From NCBI GenBank assembly GCA_025823825.1, contig GCA_025823825.1_4720.1: a DNA stretch of 64,000 nt, one strand, 5' to 3'. Positions 9,627-20,716 of this stretch are shown here, in pieces. Origin of the DNA: a phage. A model generated the notes under the pieces. It searched no databases. It saw only the letters and a list, made by a program, of their open reading frames with translations, and had not been told where the DNA came from. The stretch's first letter is position 1. Every line of letters starts with the position of its first letter. A program made the translations under genes and the position numbers.

Positions 9627-11081
9627 ATGAAACTCAAACAAAGCTGGAAAGACGAACTTCTCGCGTTAGTAAACAACAAAAACAGTTTACAGCTGACATT
9701 AGACGACGTAAAATTTGAACTAACTGAACCGGTAAGCGAAGTGCCCGGAACAGTCGTCGTTACGATCAAACCGAACGATGATAGCCGTTACTTTAACGAG
9801 CAGTCTCTGACCTACATCCGTCGAGACATCGCTAAAAACTTCACCGGGATCCCGTTACGTGTTATCGTTAAAAATGATACCGTCGTAAGGGATATCATCA
9901 ATACGATTGCTGAACGTTACGGATTGGTATTTGACACAACCGTTGACTTCCTCGAATCAGAGCTGAATAAGCAGATTACGTTCGAAGACACCGGTATTAA
10001 AGACATTACGGTTCCGGTTGCAAACACGTCTTATGTTTGGGCTGGTAATCTTCAGTTCAATATCGCTAACGATACGTTAAGCTTGATTACGATCATCAAG
10101 GAAACCAATCTTACGAATCTGGTTTATCTGGATGGCGTTGAAGCTGACACAACCGGATCGTTATTATTAGCAACGGCCTCGATTATCGACGATAACGGAA
10201 ATACCGAAACAACTGAAGGTGTCCTTGATGCCGAGTACTTCCAGAATGTCCTGAATGTCATGGTTCGTTATGGTGATATTACCAGCGAACAAATGCAACA
10301 AGCAATGCAGACAATTAACCAAAACGAAGACGTTCGTGAAGTGGAGGTTAAGTCATACGGCGACTCTGAGCTGTTGGTAACCACAAAGAAAGATTGGGCT
10401 ATCGGTAACCTTAAGGGCGCTATGGCAGTTGTTCGCAACGCTCAACCGAAACCAATTCAGTACATTCTCAAAACGAATGGCGGCTCCGTTACACTAGCAT
10501 TGGACGGTTGGACAAATATTTCCATCGATTGGGGTGATGGGAATAAAGCAACATTACCAGGCGGACAAACTCGCGGATTCCACGAATACAGTGACGGTAC
10601 AGAACGTACGATTGTAGCTACTGGTGTCCTCTCAAACCCTGAAGCACCAACACAGACACAAACCATCAGCGGCGATAACATCACTGAAATCGTTGACTGG
10701 AACAACGGATTACCGCAGGCTGTACAATTAACGGGATTAACCAGTTTGATTAAGGTTCCCGATTATATCCCGTCATACTGGACAACGTTGGAAAGTTTGT
10801 TCGAGAGCTGCTCATCGATAAACGACGTAAACATCACGAAATGGAATACCGGTAACGTCACATCAATGAAGAATTTGTTCTTTGGCTGTAACGTCTTCAA
10901 CCAACCGATCATCGTATGGGATGTTACCCATGTAACAAATATCGACAATATGTTCTCGGGATGTTCGGCGTTCAACCAGGATCTAAGGATGTGGTCATTC
11001 CCAGCGGATACTTCCCGCAACAACTACGATAACGGTGCTACAGCCTGGCGGTCAGAGTATCGTCCAAGCTTCGATTTGTAA
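9627..11081 (+). CDS. DUF285 (BspA-like) repeat protein, possible virion or adhesion protein
   Basis: C-terminal repeats FFGCNVFNQPIIVWDVTHVTNIDNMFSGCSAFNQDLRMW match the DUF285 repeat pattern. Confidence 0.5.
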   Translation: MKLKQSWKDELLALVNNKNSLQLTLDDVKFELTEPVSEVPGTVVVTIKPNDDSRYFNEQSLTYIRRDIAKNFTGIPLRVIVKNDTVVRDIINTIAERYGLVFDTTVDFLESELNKQITFEDTGIKDITVPVANTSYVWAGNLQFNIANDTLSLITIIKETNLTNLVYLDGVEADTTGSLLLATASIIDDNGNTETTEGVLDAEYFQNVLNVMVRYGDITSEQMQQAMQTINQNEDVREVEVKSYGDSELLVTTKKDWAIGNLKGAMAVVRNAQPKPIQYILKTNGGSVTLALDGWTNISIDWGDGNKATLPGGQTRGFHEYSDGTERTIVATGVLSNPEAPTQTQTISGDNITEIVDWNNGLPQAVQLTGLTSLIKVPDYIPSYWTTLESLFESCSSINDVNITKWNTGNVTSMKNLFFGCNVFNQPIIVWDVTHVTNIDNMFSGCSAFNQDLRMWSFPADTSRNNYDNGATAWRSEYRPSFDL

Positions 11082-11096
11082 AAAAAAAAAAAAAAA
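11080..11096. repeat. A17 homopolymer (T17 on minus strand)
   Basis: 17 consecutive A overlapping the TAA stop of the DUF285 gene. Confidence 0.9.
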
Positions 11097-11108
11097 TAGT
11101 TAGCATAT

Positions 11109-11146
11109 CTTCCTCCCTACCCATAACGGGCGGGGAGGAAGGTTTT
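11109..11146. terminator. bidirectional terminator-like hairpin
   Basis: CTTCCTCCCTACCC / GGGCGGGGAGGAAGG stem with TTTT on the plus side and the T17 run on the minus side, between convergent genes. Confidence 0.55.
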
Positions 11147-11159
11147 ATGGCGTTATAGC

Positions 11160-11498
11160 TTAGAACCAGAGTTCTTTCATGAGGTAGGCTTCCATATCGT
11201 AGATAAGCCACGCATCGGGGATTTCTAAAGGATCGTCTTCGGTTAAGGTCAGCATGTGCAGGGCGAACGCACGCTTGATATCTTCCAACAGCTTATCATC
11301 ACCGTAATCCTCGGGTAGTTTACGGTCAACCAGCTGGGTTTGTTTATAGACGTCGCGGAACGCTTCAGGGCTGTGTTTGTCCATCGGGAATTGTTCAGCA
11401 GCCTGAACCATCGTCAACGTCCAGCTTACAACATTGTAACGCTCACCGTTAATTTCACTGAACTGATCATCGATTAAACAGATTTGTTGTACGTTCAT
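11160..11498 (-). CDS. hypothetical acidic protein
   Basis: 112-aa ORF at end of a minus-strand operon. Confidence 0.5.
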   Translation of the reverse strand: MNVQQICLIDDQFSEINGERYNVVSWTLTMVQAAEQFPMDKHSPEAFRDVYKQTQLVDRKLPEDYGDDKLLEDIKRAFALHMLTLTEDDPLEIPDAWLIYDMEAYLMKELWF

Positions 11499-12388
11499 TC
11501 ATTTTCTCCATTCTTATCTTGGTCGCAATCACACTCTTCGACGTCTTTCTTACTTAAACGTAAGACACCTAGTGCAGCATGCTTGAGTTCTTGCAAAGCG
11601 CTTTTCAGCTGACCTTCTTCATCGAAATCAAAATACTTCTCGTTGTAGCTTAATGCCGGAATCATATTTACGAGAGGTTCGATGGCGGGCATCAGCATTT
11701 CAATGACGACCTTAGGATCGACAAAACGTTCAAACCCTTCAGGAAGTTTGCTCGCTACAACCTTATCGTTCTTGATGTAGAATTTGTTCTTGAATAGATC
11801 GTCAAGAATAGCATTCTCTTCATCCGTACGTTTTGCGTGAGGACGATCGATCATCTGCACAAACACACCACTCAACGCTTCAGGCAAAGTCGGATTTTCG
11901 CGAAGATAAGTTCCGGCCGGAATTTCAATGTCGATCTTCGTCCACTCAACAACCTGATGGTCTCGCGTATAGATGACGTCAACTTCCCATGCCAGACCAT
12001 CAGCGCTTTCTACGGTGTAACGTGTTTTCGCCTGGCCTTCAGGAGCCATACGTTCGATCGCATCAAACATCTCGACTGGGATTTCGACTTCGCTTTCCGT
12101 TGCATCGCCTGGACCGCGATACACCTTCGTGGTCATGATGTATTTCGGTTCTTCGTTATCGATCTGTATAGCTCGTGCTCGTACTTGACCTTTCACACCA
12201 CCAACGGCCGTGTTATCAAACAACCATTGATGTTGCACCATATGTTCGATTTTTGATGCGACTTGACGAAGACGTTCAACACCGTCTTCGGCCAGTTTAC
12301 CAAAGAAGACCAGCTCACGTTCCTGCTGTGTCTCACCACTTAACATCATTAAATTGGCGATTTGTTTCACGCCTCTTACTTTTGACAT
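11495..12388 (-). CDS. hypothetical protein
   Basis: 297-aa ORF, 4-nt overlap with downstream gene. Confidence 0.5.
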   Translation of the reverse strand: MSKVRGVKQIANLMMLSGETQQERELVFFGKLAEDGVERLRQVASKIEHMVQHQWLFDNTAVGGVKGQVRARAIQIDNEEPKYIMTTKVYRGPGDATESEVEIPVEMFDAIERMAPEGQAKTRYTVESADGLAWEVDVIYTRDHQVVEWTKIDIEIPAGTYLRENPTLPEALSGVFVQMIDRPHAKRTDEENAILDDLFKNKFYIKNDKVVASKLPEGFERFVDPKVVIEMLMPAIEPLVNMIPALSYNEKYFDFDEEGQLKSALQELKHAALGVLRLSKKDVEECDCDQDKNGENE

Positions 12389-12456
12389 ACATGCTCCGGT
12401 TATAAGGGCCTGCTTCGAGGCCCTTCATTGATTTTTGATTCCACCAAACGCTATCG

Positions 12457-14031
12457 TTACAATTCAAAATCTTCATCGATAACACGCTGGGTAAGCACTT
12501 TGTCGCTGAAGAACTCCACCTTGCGCTGATGGTATTTACGGTGCGCTTCGATAGAAGTACATACCAGATACCAGAACGTTGGCGTCATTCCTTCAAACTT
12601 TCCTTTCAGCTGACGCAGTCGTCCCAACACCTGAATGTTACCGGTTCGTGACCCCATCGCTAATGTCATGAACGTCATCACCAAGTCAGGAAGGTCGATA
12701 CCTGTACCTGCCGATTTCACCGTTGTAACGCTAATATCGTTATCCAGCAAGACCATGAAGTCTTCTTCAGCAGTATAAGGACCGATTTCTAACTCAGGGA
12801 TACGTTCACTGAGATAATGCGACAACGACTTACACATATCGACGGTTGCACAATACACCAGCATCTTCATACCTTCCTGATACTGGTTCATGAAACCCTT
12901 GATAATAACGGTATAGATGAAGTTAAAATACGCGAGTTTGAGTTGCTTGTTCTTCATGATAGACTGTTCGAATATCGTGTGCGAATAAGCTCCACCAAAC
13001 CCTTTGTATCTGACTTTATCTGTACTGCGTAGTCGGTACGTTACCGCATTTACCGCAATGTATTTCTTGTATTCGCCTTTCGCATAACGGGCTTCTTTCG
13101 GATACATCAAATACAGCATCTGTTCGATAAACGGATCATCGGATACCGCTGTTGCCGACAGATAAATGATTTCCGGAATATTGGCGTAACACTTGACCTT
13201 AAACAAGAAATGCAATGCTTCGTGACACTCGTCATGAATCAGCAAACCTATGCCGGTCTTTTCCCAAAACTCAGCGGGATGAAAGGCATATGGCGCAACG
13301 CAGTTATTCTTCTCGTAGTCCGCAATATAACGTTGGAACATGTTCAAGGAGAACAATGCGATTTTGAAGTCGAGTTCACCTTGTTCAACCAAGGTTTGAA
13401 ACTCCAACATACTGTAACGAGGAATGTCGGGATGCGGTGGATCCTCCTTAGCGTTCCCGCGTATCTCGATAACGTCCCCTGGTTCCATCCCGAAGAAGTT
13501 CAGCAGTGAGCTTCGCCAACCTGGCATGTATCTCGGCGACAGAATGATACCCGTCCGTACACCGCGTCGGAAGGTGATCTCCTGCGACATGGCCGTTTTT
13601 CCTGACCCCGTTTGAGCGGTGTTTAGGCTCATTCTGAAGGGGGTATCCTTACCCCCGTCCATGTACTCCAACCATTCTTGCTGATCTTGACGCCATGGAA
13701 ACTTCCATTTCTTTACGAACTCCACTTCTTTACCTGGTACCGGATCGTGATAGACGATTTCCAACCACTCTTTTCGTATCCCTCGGGAAAAGATAAAATC
13801 CAAAAACGATTTCAACTGTTCACGGAGTAAGTATACCTCGCTATAATCGCTTCTTGCCGCGGCATACGTGTTTATGGTATCGGTAACCATTCTCCGTGTA
13901 CGAGGGTCACGCCGTTTCCTCAGATGCAAACAACGGTCTCGAAGGTAATGGCCGATAAGATGGGCAAATCGAAGTCCGTATCCGCTCAGCCTCATGCCGT
14001 GCGAGAAGACGTCGATACGAGCTAACTTCAT
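12457..14031 (-). CDS. SF2 DEAD/DEAH-box helicase-like ATPase
   Basis: Walker A TGSGKT and DEAH-like HDECHE; ATGA start/stop overlap with upstream beta-prime-C gene. Confidence 0.6.
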   Translation of the reverse strand: MKLARIDVFSHGMRLSGYGLRFAHLIGHYLRDRCLHLRKRRDPRTRRMVTDTINTYAAARSDYSEVYLLREQLKSFLDFIFSRGIRKEWLEIVYHDPVPGKEVEFVKKWKFPWRQDQQEWLEYMDGGKDTPFRMSLNTAQTGSGKTAMSQEITFRRGVRTGIILSPRYMPGWRSSLLNFFGMEPGDVIEIRGNAKEDPPHPDIPRYSMLEFQTLVEQGELDFKIALFSLNMFQRYIADYEKNNCVAPYAFHPAEFWEKTGIGLLIHDECHEALHFLFKVKCYANIPEIIYLSATAVSDDPFIEQMLYLMYPKEARYAKGEYKKYIAVNAVTYRLRSTDKVRYKGFGGAYSHTIFEQSIMKNKQLKLAYFNFIYTVIIKGFMNQYQEGMKMLVYCATVDMCKSLSHYLSERIPELEIGPYTAEEDFMVLLDNDISVTTVKSAGTGIDLPDLVMTFMTLAMGSRTGNIQVLGRLRQLKGKFEGMTPTFWYLVCTSIEAHRKYHQRKVEFFSDKVLTQRVIDEDFEL

Positions 14032-16034
14032 AACGTGATTACATCCTCCGGTTTAGGTTCTTTACGCGGTAACAGCATGTAGTCGATCGGATGATCCGGC
14101 TTCATGGTTGGGATATAACTGTTCGGGTTTTGGAACGCATCCAGCTGCTCTTGGTGAGCGAACTTCATACTCAAGGAGCGCATGTTCATGTTCTTCTTGA
14201 AGGTACTGAAGTATCGTGTTGTTCCCTGTTTCGGCATGCGATAATCTTTCGTGTGCGGTGAACGAATCATGCTGGCGTAGAGAATAACATCGAGATGCGA
14301 AAGGTTCATTCGCAGACGCTGGGCACACAGACGATGCCAATAGTACAGCACGTTTGCAACTTCTTCCGGTGTTGCTTCGTCTTCCGAAAGGAATCCGGCA
14401 CTGAAAGAACCTTTCCCGAATTTGAATTCACGTTCGATTTCTTTTGCGTATTCCATCATGTTTTTGTGGATTAACGGCATCTGGAATAACGTACGTGAAT
14501 TGTCCCAATGTTTCAAGTCGAAAATCACAATCCCGTCAGACGTCACTTCCCAGCTATGGCGTTTAAGATAACGGATAAACGCTTTACTCGGTACAACAGG
14601 ACGTCCACAGAAATCGAAATTGACTTTGAGCTTACGATAGCTTTCATCTTTCCTGTCGTAAATCTCCATATCGCAAAGCGTCATGTTAAACAAGCGTTGC
14701 GGTATCAGCGAACTGATTTCTTCCGCTTCGGCTACGTCGTACAACATGTTCGCAAGACCTAACTTCATCTTAATCAGCACGTGTTTACCTTTCAGCTCAC
14801 GTGCGAGTTTGATGTCGTTCATGTTCTGGCTATAGCGAAGGATATGTTGATATTCCGGTGGGATTGGTGCTGTGGATACCGTTGACGAACCATCGTGGTG
14901 TTTGGTAGAAAGAATGTTCTGCGTCACCTGTTGCGAACAGGTACGCGCTGCGCCATCGCCGACATTATCAGTCAATGCGAAGTTATGACTTAATTCACCG
15001 TAACACGTTGTACATACCCCAGCAGGATCGGGATGATGACAATAGTTAACGGAGCGCATGCGTACCGTCGTGCCGATCAATTCTTTCATGTGTGGTTGTA
15101 TCGCTACCAACGAACCGTCATCACGAATAATGAATCGACCATGGAAGCCACGCAGGTCGGTCTCGTCGCGGATTGGCATCGGGATGGTCTCTTTACTACC
15201 ACAATCACCAGGATGGAGTCGTTGTACAACCGCTGTCGCTATCTGAAGTTCACGACCGAAATATTCAGACTTTTTAATCTGCTCTTTGTTGAACAGCAAC
15301 GATTTTGCCGCAGAACGACTTTCTTTCAAGCTGTCGGGAAGAGAGATCAAACCGGCTGCGTATGACCGCATTACTGGATCACGGAATATCTCGGAGTTAA
15401 TATCGGTCAAGAATCCACGCATCCCAATACACTGCAGCACCTGTCCAATCGAAACGTGTTCGGTTCTTACCGCACGTGCGATAGGGTTTGCATGTAACGT
15501 TTTATCGGTGCTCAGTACCTTTGTCAGTTTCTTGTATGCGCTTTCGATACCTTCACGGGTGGGTTCCGCTTCGGCGATGATTTTCTTAACTTCGGGATGT
15601 ACGGTAATCTGATAAAAATCGTCCGCGCAAATCGTTGTTACGTATTCCTCCAACGCATACGTAAAGAAGTTATATACGTTGTTGAACATATCGAACAGTG
15701 CTTTCCAGAGAACCTCACGATTCTCTTGTGGGTAAGCATACATGCATTGACGATACGCTGCGCTTTGCAACGCAACCGACGAACCAGCAGTAAACTTGCG
15801 TTTATCGACCAGGTTCTCTTTTGTCAATGGTGTCTCAGGATACATGCGATGCACAGACCAGTGCATGTAACTAAAGAAAATGCGTCGCGCACGCAATTCA
15901 TGAACGCCATCGTCCATCTCGATATATACACGGTCATTAGGCTGTGCCCACTCGAACACCTCATCAACCGGCCAATGCATAAGCTCGCGTGCCCTCACAC
16001 GACGTTTCGTGGTGGTCGTCTGTGTTATAGTCAT
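14028..16034 (-). CDS. multisubunit RNA polymerase beta-prime subunit, C-terminal piece
   Basis: RMRSVNYCHHPDPAGVCTTCYGELSH aligns with bacterial beta-prime [21 protein letters not shown] downstream of the bridge helix; trigger-loop-like TQNILSTKHHDGS. Confidence 0.6.
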   Translation of the reverse strand: MTITQTTTTKRRVRARELMHWPVDEVFEWAQPNDRVYIEMDDGVHELRARRIFFSYMHWSVHRMYPETPLTKENLVDKRKFTAGSSVALQSAAYRQCMYAYPQENREVLWKALFDMFNNVYNFFTYALEEYVTTICADDFYQITVHPEVKKIIAEAEPTREGIESAYKKLTKVLSTDKTLHANPIARAVRTEHVSIGQVLQCIGMRGFLTDINSEIFRDPVMRSYAAGLISLPDSLKESRSAAKSLLFNKEQIKKSEYFGRELQIATAVVQRLHPGDCGSKETIPMPIRDETDLRGFHGRFIIRDDGSLVAIQPHMKELIGTTVRMRSVNYCHHPDPAGVCTTCYGELSHNFALTDNVGDGAARTCSQQVTQNILSTKHHDGSSTVSTAPIPPEYQHILRYSQNMNDIKLARELKGKHVLIKMKLGLANMLYDVAEAEEISSLIPQRLFNMTLCDMEIYDRKDESYRKLKVNFDFCGRPVVPSKAFIRYLKRHSWEVTSDGIVIFDLKHWDNSRTLFQMPLIHKNMMEYAKEIEREFKFGKGSFSAGFLSEDEATPEEVANVLYYWHRLCAQRLRMNLSHLDVILYASMIRSPHTKDYRMPKQGTTRYFSTFKKNMNMRSLSMKFAHQEQLDAFQNPNSYIPTMKPDHPIDYMLLPRKEPKPEDVITL

Positions 16035-16179
16035 TATTGCTTTCCGATTTAAATGGTTTTATCATACGGTTTACCAAATCCGTTGGACTTTACTATCGTT
16101 GTGATAGCATCGGGAATCCCTTCCCTTAGGTTATGTAGGTGTTAATATATCTCCACTGCTGACCTTTATGTCGGCAGCA

Positions 16180-16665
16180 TTATCCAGCTTTCTGTTGTAA
16201 AGCGTATGGATCCATAGCGTCTGACATATCCGCAAAAACGGTGAGAATAAACCCCTTTATCTGTCTCACCTCGGTTACACGAAGCCCTTTATCATTGCGA
16301 TATACGTTTTCTTCACCGACTAACTTTGGTCGAATAACATAAACTCCATCAACAAGCGGGAATGTCGGATACGGATAAATACCAATACGAATGATGTTTG
16401 GGTGATCGCCTAGAAGGTCACGTCCAAACTTATCGACTCGACCATAAATCGCCCCATCCGCACCTTCCACTTCAATGAGATCATTTCGAATATCCTGAAA
16501 TAGTTGCTCTAACGTGTCGGCGGGATACGCATATGCGACGCCTAACGCCGGATCCTCGACGGTTTTGACACTGAATCCGTTAAGCCAAACAATCCGTTCA
16601 TCCGCCCATGTTTCTTCATATACCGTTAATCCATCGCCGTATATGTTGGCGTGTGCTATCTCCAT
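16180..16665 (-). CDS. hypothetical protein
   Basis: 161-aa ORF with AAGAGGAAA RBS. Confidence 0.5.
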   Translation of the reverse strand: MEIAHANIYGDGLTVYEETWADERIVWLNGFSVKTVEDPALGVAYAYPADTLEQLFQDIRNDLIEVEGADGAIYGRVDKFGRDLLGDHPNIIRIGIYPYPTFPLVDGVYVIRPKLVGEENVYRNDKGLRVTEVRQIKGFILTVFADMSDAMDPYALQQKAG

Positions 16666-16778
16666 AATCTCATTTCCTCTTATACGTTAGGATAGATGAC
16701 ATGTTGGATATACGTTGCCTTTGCATATATTGCTTTATTTCCGTCAGAAATAACGGAAAATAAAAACAACGACATAGT

Positions 16779-16809
16779 TCCCTCCCACCTCCACATGGGA
16801 GAGGGAGGG
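16779..16809 (-). terminator. stem-loop plus T-rich tract
   Basis: CCCTCCCACCTCC / GGGAGAGGGAGGG with T-rich sequence 3' on minus strand. Confidence 0.4.
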
Positions 16810-16822
16810 CTATTCGTGTTTA

Positions 16823-17185
16823 TTACTCTATGCTGTCTTCTTCAGCACAATCCTCTTCTGAACCGTCGAACGTTTTCTGCACTGCAGTGGTATCCCAGTT
16901 GGCAGCGTAATCAGCCATCGCTTCGCGCAGTGCTTCTTCACCAGCATCACCGGCCAGGTCAAGCACAACCAAACCTTGCGCGACGTTTTGAGCGACAGTA
17001 TCAATAACGGTCGCATCTTCTTCAAAACTACGTACCGGTTCAATGGTGCCTACATCAACAGCATAGTTCGTGGTCGCTGTAAGCACGGCGACTTGTAGCG
17101 CGTCGCTATCTTCATCATGCAATGCTGCTTCAATACCGATTGGACGGGCCAGTTCTTGCAGTGTTAATTTGCGAATTAAGTTCAT
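16823..17185 (-). CDS. hypothetical acidic protein
   Basis: 120-aa ORF followed by stem-loop plus T-tract. Confidence 0.45.
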   Translation of the reverse strand: MNLIRKLTLQELARPIGIEAALHDEDSDALQVAVLTATTNYAVDVGTIEPVRSFEEDATVIDTVAQNVAQGLVVLDLAGDAGEEALREAMADYAANWDTTAVQKTFDGSEEDCAEEDSIE

Positions 17186-17206
17186 TATATTTTCCTCAGG
17201 TGAATG

Positions 17207-17635
17207 TTAGCAATCGTTTAAAACTTTTTCGATACGATGGTTGACGAATTCATTGAACGACTCTTCGGCTTGTTCGATAATTTCATCAACGTCGATATCT
17301 AATTGTTGGGGTTGGATAACATGCTCTTTCATGGTTTCTAGCCAGTATTCGGCTTTAACCATAACGTTAGCGACATGTTCGACCTGACTGCGTATGTCGA
17401 CGATCTGGCAGTCAGGATTGTTAATATCGATGATGTGTCCGTGGTGGTTGATAAAACCTAGCTTATTTGATGCCCTTACCGCATCGCGGGTAAGTTCTTG
17501 CAAGATTAAATTATTGACGTAGTTCACTGCTACGGAACGATTTTCGTTATCACTCATACCAGGGATCCTCTTTAAGTCTTCACATTCTAGTGTTAAGCAG
17601 TTAAAATAAACCGTTCCTTTAATCAGCATAAACAT
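17207..17635 (-). CDS. hypothetical protein
   Basis: 142-aa ORF. Confidence 0.45.
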   Translation of the reverse strand: MFMLIKGTVYFNCLTLECEDLKRIPGMSDNENRSVAVNYVNNLILQELTRDAVRASNKLGFINHHGHIIDINNPDCQIVDIRSQVEHVANVMVKAEYWLETMKEHVIQPQQLDIDVDEIIEQAEESFNEFVNHRIEKVLNDC

Positions 17636-17675
17636 CCTCCTCCCACCACATGGGCAGGAGGAGGCGTAATATGCA

Positions 17676-18086
17676 TCAGAAAGGAGGACGATCTTTAAAT
17701 TCTAACAACGTGTCTTCGAAGCAAGCGATGAGTTCAGACTGCAATTCGGTACGGCCTTGTTCACCGAAGAGTTCCAGCAACATTAACCCCCGAGCGGTCT
17801 TCGTAGCAACCTCTTCGCAGATGCGGAGATCGTGAACTTCATCATCGTTGACATCTTTACGCAACTGTGCCGCAATGGGCTTAAGATTGCCGTTTTCATC
17901 GTGTTCGTCACGAAATGCATCATAAGCCGCATCGATGTTCGCGATCCGTGTCAATCCTTCAGAATCCCGCCAGTCTCGATATAATCCAAGCAGACGGTTA
18001 TGATTCTTCGTTTTGACGTTCGGTGCTGGAAGGTTGCGCAACAGATGTGGTGTAATCATTGCTATCACGCTATCCGAATGATCCAT
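17676..18086 (-). CDS. hypothetical protein
   Basis: 136-aa ORF. Confidence 0.45.
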   Translation of the reverse strand: MDHSDSVIAMITPHLLRNLPAPNVKTKNHNRLLGLYRDWRDSEGLTRIANIDAAYDAFRDEHDENGNLKPIAAQLRKDVNDDEVHDLRICEEVATKTARGLMLLELFGEQGRTELQSELIACFEDTLLEFKDRPPF

Positions 18087-18097
18087 CGTATACCTCG

Positions 18098-20268
18098 TTA
18101 GCTTTCGCAGTCATCTGCGTCGATGATTTGTCCGCCAGCAACGTTCAGTTGATGATACAGAATCCTCAACGCACGGTTGCCGCCAATGGGATATTTCTCG
18201 AAGTTGGTTGCAATAGGAATCGCTGACGGTTTATCGGTCGCATAGATGCTTTCGGTGATGCTATCCACCTGTTTTGGATTGTTCGCATAATCCATAAAGA
18301 CGCTTGCGAACCATCCGCCAGCAAAGGCGGTAACCTCACGATGTTCAGATTCGCCACAGTAACGAGTCGGTTGCTCTTTACCCGGAGAACTGTATTTATC
18401 GCTATTACTGAGTTTCGACGGTAATCCGTGCGCTTGCAATTTAGGGATACCCACCGCTGACCAATCGTTCGCCGTCTTCTCCAACATCATGATGTACGTG
18501 TCACCGATCGCAATATCGTTCTTGGTTGTCCGCCATTGCCCGGAACGCCCACGGTATCGTACAGGACCTTTCTTCAACGGGAACTCACGAATCAGATTCT
18601 CCATACGTTCTGAACCTGCTGCGATACTGTCCGTCGGGATATAAACTTCCGTACCGTGGCGTTGTACGTACCGTAAATGATCCCATTTATCCTCATCCGT
18701 GATACAGTATTTTTCAACAACCTGTTCCACGAACTCAGGACTGACGATATAGTAGTAGCGCATCAGTGTGTTCCAAGCGGTCTCCAGATCGCCTGCATCC
18801 ATCACCGGTTTCAGTTCACGCATGATCTGATCACCAACGCCGTTGATGTAAGGTGCGTTAACACGACTTAAACTCATCCTTTTGATTACCGTACTATCGT
18901 CGAACATGAAGTCCGCAACGTTACCCCATTGGTCGACCGGCATTTCATCGTCTTCCATGATGTCGGTTACGACGAATTTATCACCCGCCATACCGGTGAA
19001 TTTAAACCCGATACCTGGAACAACGTCGTACGTGTACGTGATGGTCACACGCCAATCATCGAGATTCTCTTTACGGTAATCGCGGGTTGGTAATACATGA
19101 CGTAGCTGTCCGTTGGGATTGCGGATATCAATACCATGTTCAGCATCAGCCAGGTTCAACCACCACATCACCGTTTGATGATGACGTATCGGCGTACCAA
19201 CGCGTTCACGTTCGTACTTACGAACAGCATCCTGAATTCGGGTGTAAAGCAAACCAATCGCGTTCTCGTATTTCAGGAATTGACGATACGGAGGACGCAT
19301 CTTCTCTTCCATCATAATCGCACGCTCGCGGGCTTGACGTCCAGAACGACGATGTCGGTCGCTGACAACATCGATATCCGTTACACGCGCATTCGGTTCC
19401 GCGTAAGTGAGATCATCGTAAACATAATCCACACGCTGAAGGTTACACGTCATCATGTCAACAACGCTGAGGATAGGATCGATTTCGCGTGTTGCTGCAA
19501 GTAACCCATCCTTACGAATACGCTCACCATTCTCGGGTATTGCTTGGTATACCTCGTCATCGCCGTAGAGATTGATTGGGTATCGTGATTTACCTGATGT
19601 GATCGTCCGCTTCTCAATGCCGGTACTGGTGAAATGCTTCAATACACCACGACGGGCAACACCACCATCCTCGATACACTGATAGAAGCTACCGAAACAC
19701 ACCTTGCAATCGCGACCGTAACCCCACTCGCGTGTTTCTTGATTGATCGCTGGGCTTTCCATCAAACGAGAATATCGCGGTACGATCTGGCCTCGACGGA
19801 GGGAATGGAACAAGTTGGTTGGTCGAAAACGGAAACCGTACTGCTGATGCATGATGTGATGCTCAGGCACTTCAAGCAAGCGTAGTTCGTGGCGGTTACC
19901 ATCCTCTTGGTTTTCGTACAGCACGTAATGCATCGTGTTTGTTTTGATGCTGTTTGCTGTATGCCCCGGTTGGAAACGTGGGATGATATCTATGATGCGA
20001 GATTCAACTGGAAACTCTACTGACCAAGTGTTCTGTCCGTACTGGTATTCGATCCCCGTCGTCAGTCGGGACGGTTTCGCATCTTTGATAACCAACGCTT
20101 GGCTAAGATGTCCGCCAAACATCGCAGCGCGCTGTGCTGAGTTATAATGCAATAGCCCGTTAAGTCCAGTCCCTACGCCAGTATACTCCTGTTTAATGGG
20201 AATGATTTTACCTTCAGCGATTGCCTGCTTCACAGATTCATAAAGAGGTTTTTCTTTATAATGCATAG
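18098..20268 (-). CDS. multisubunit RNA polymerase beta subunit, C-terminal piece
   Basis: AQRAAMFGGHLSQALVIKDAKP ~ beta [23 protein letters not shown]; GDK...DEMPVD...RMS ~ GDKMAGRHGNKG...DMPYD...SRMN; GDTYIMMLEK ~ GYMYMLKLNH. Track start 20431 is probably too long; ATG at 20268 (MHYKEKPLYE) has AGGAAG RBS. Confidence 0.7.
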
Positions 20269-20297
20269 GACTTCCTATTATCGAATTGAGGTACGTC

Positions 20298-20651
20298 ATG
20301 TCTAACACGCCCCTGAACGACTTTCTTAAGACAAACCCCGATGACCTCATCCACGATCTTGATTTCAGGAACGTTGTTGAGATGCATCTGGAATATTTCA
20401 AAAATGCCGGACTGGTCTCTACGATAGACATACCACCCGAACGTGCCTACGAATTCGATGGTAACTTTTATGGATTGTGTCGTGTTCTGCTCGGCGAGGG
20501 TAGCGAACCAATGCACTGGATAACCATGAGACTCAATGGTTATCGTGACCCTACGGAATACACCGCCGATGTTCTAACCATGAAGATTGTCGATACAAGC
20601 GCAATCAACACATTAAAACAACAGTACCGCACAATCCACTACAGCGCTTAA
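20298..20651 (+). CDS. hypothetical protein
   Basis: GAGGT RBS then ATG at 20298 (MSNTPLNDF); divergent from beta-C gene with about 30 nt between the two starts. Confidence 0.5.
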   Translation: MSNTPLNDFLKTNPDDLIHDLDFRNVVEMHLEYFKNAGLVSTIDIPPERAYEFDGNFYGLCRVLLGEGSEPMHWITMRLNGYRDPTEYTADVLTMKIVDTSAINTLKQQYRTIHYSA

Positions 20652-20716
20652 GATAACCCTCCCACAGCGTAAAGCGTAGGGAGGGCATTTATGCCGTCGT
20701 TCGATGACTTAACACA

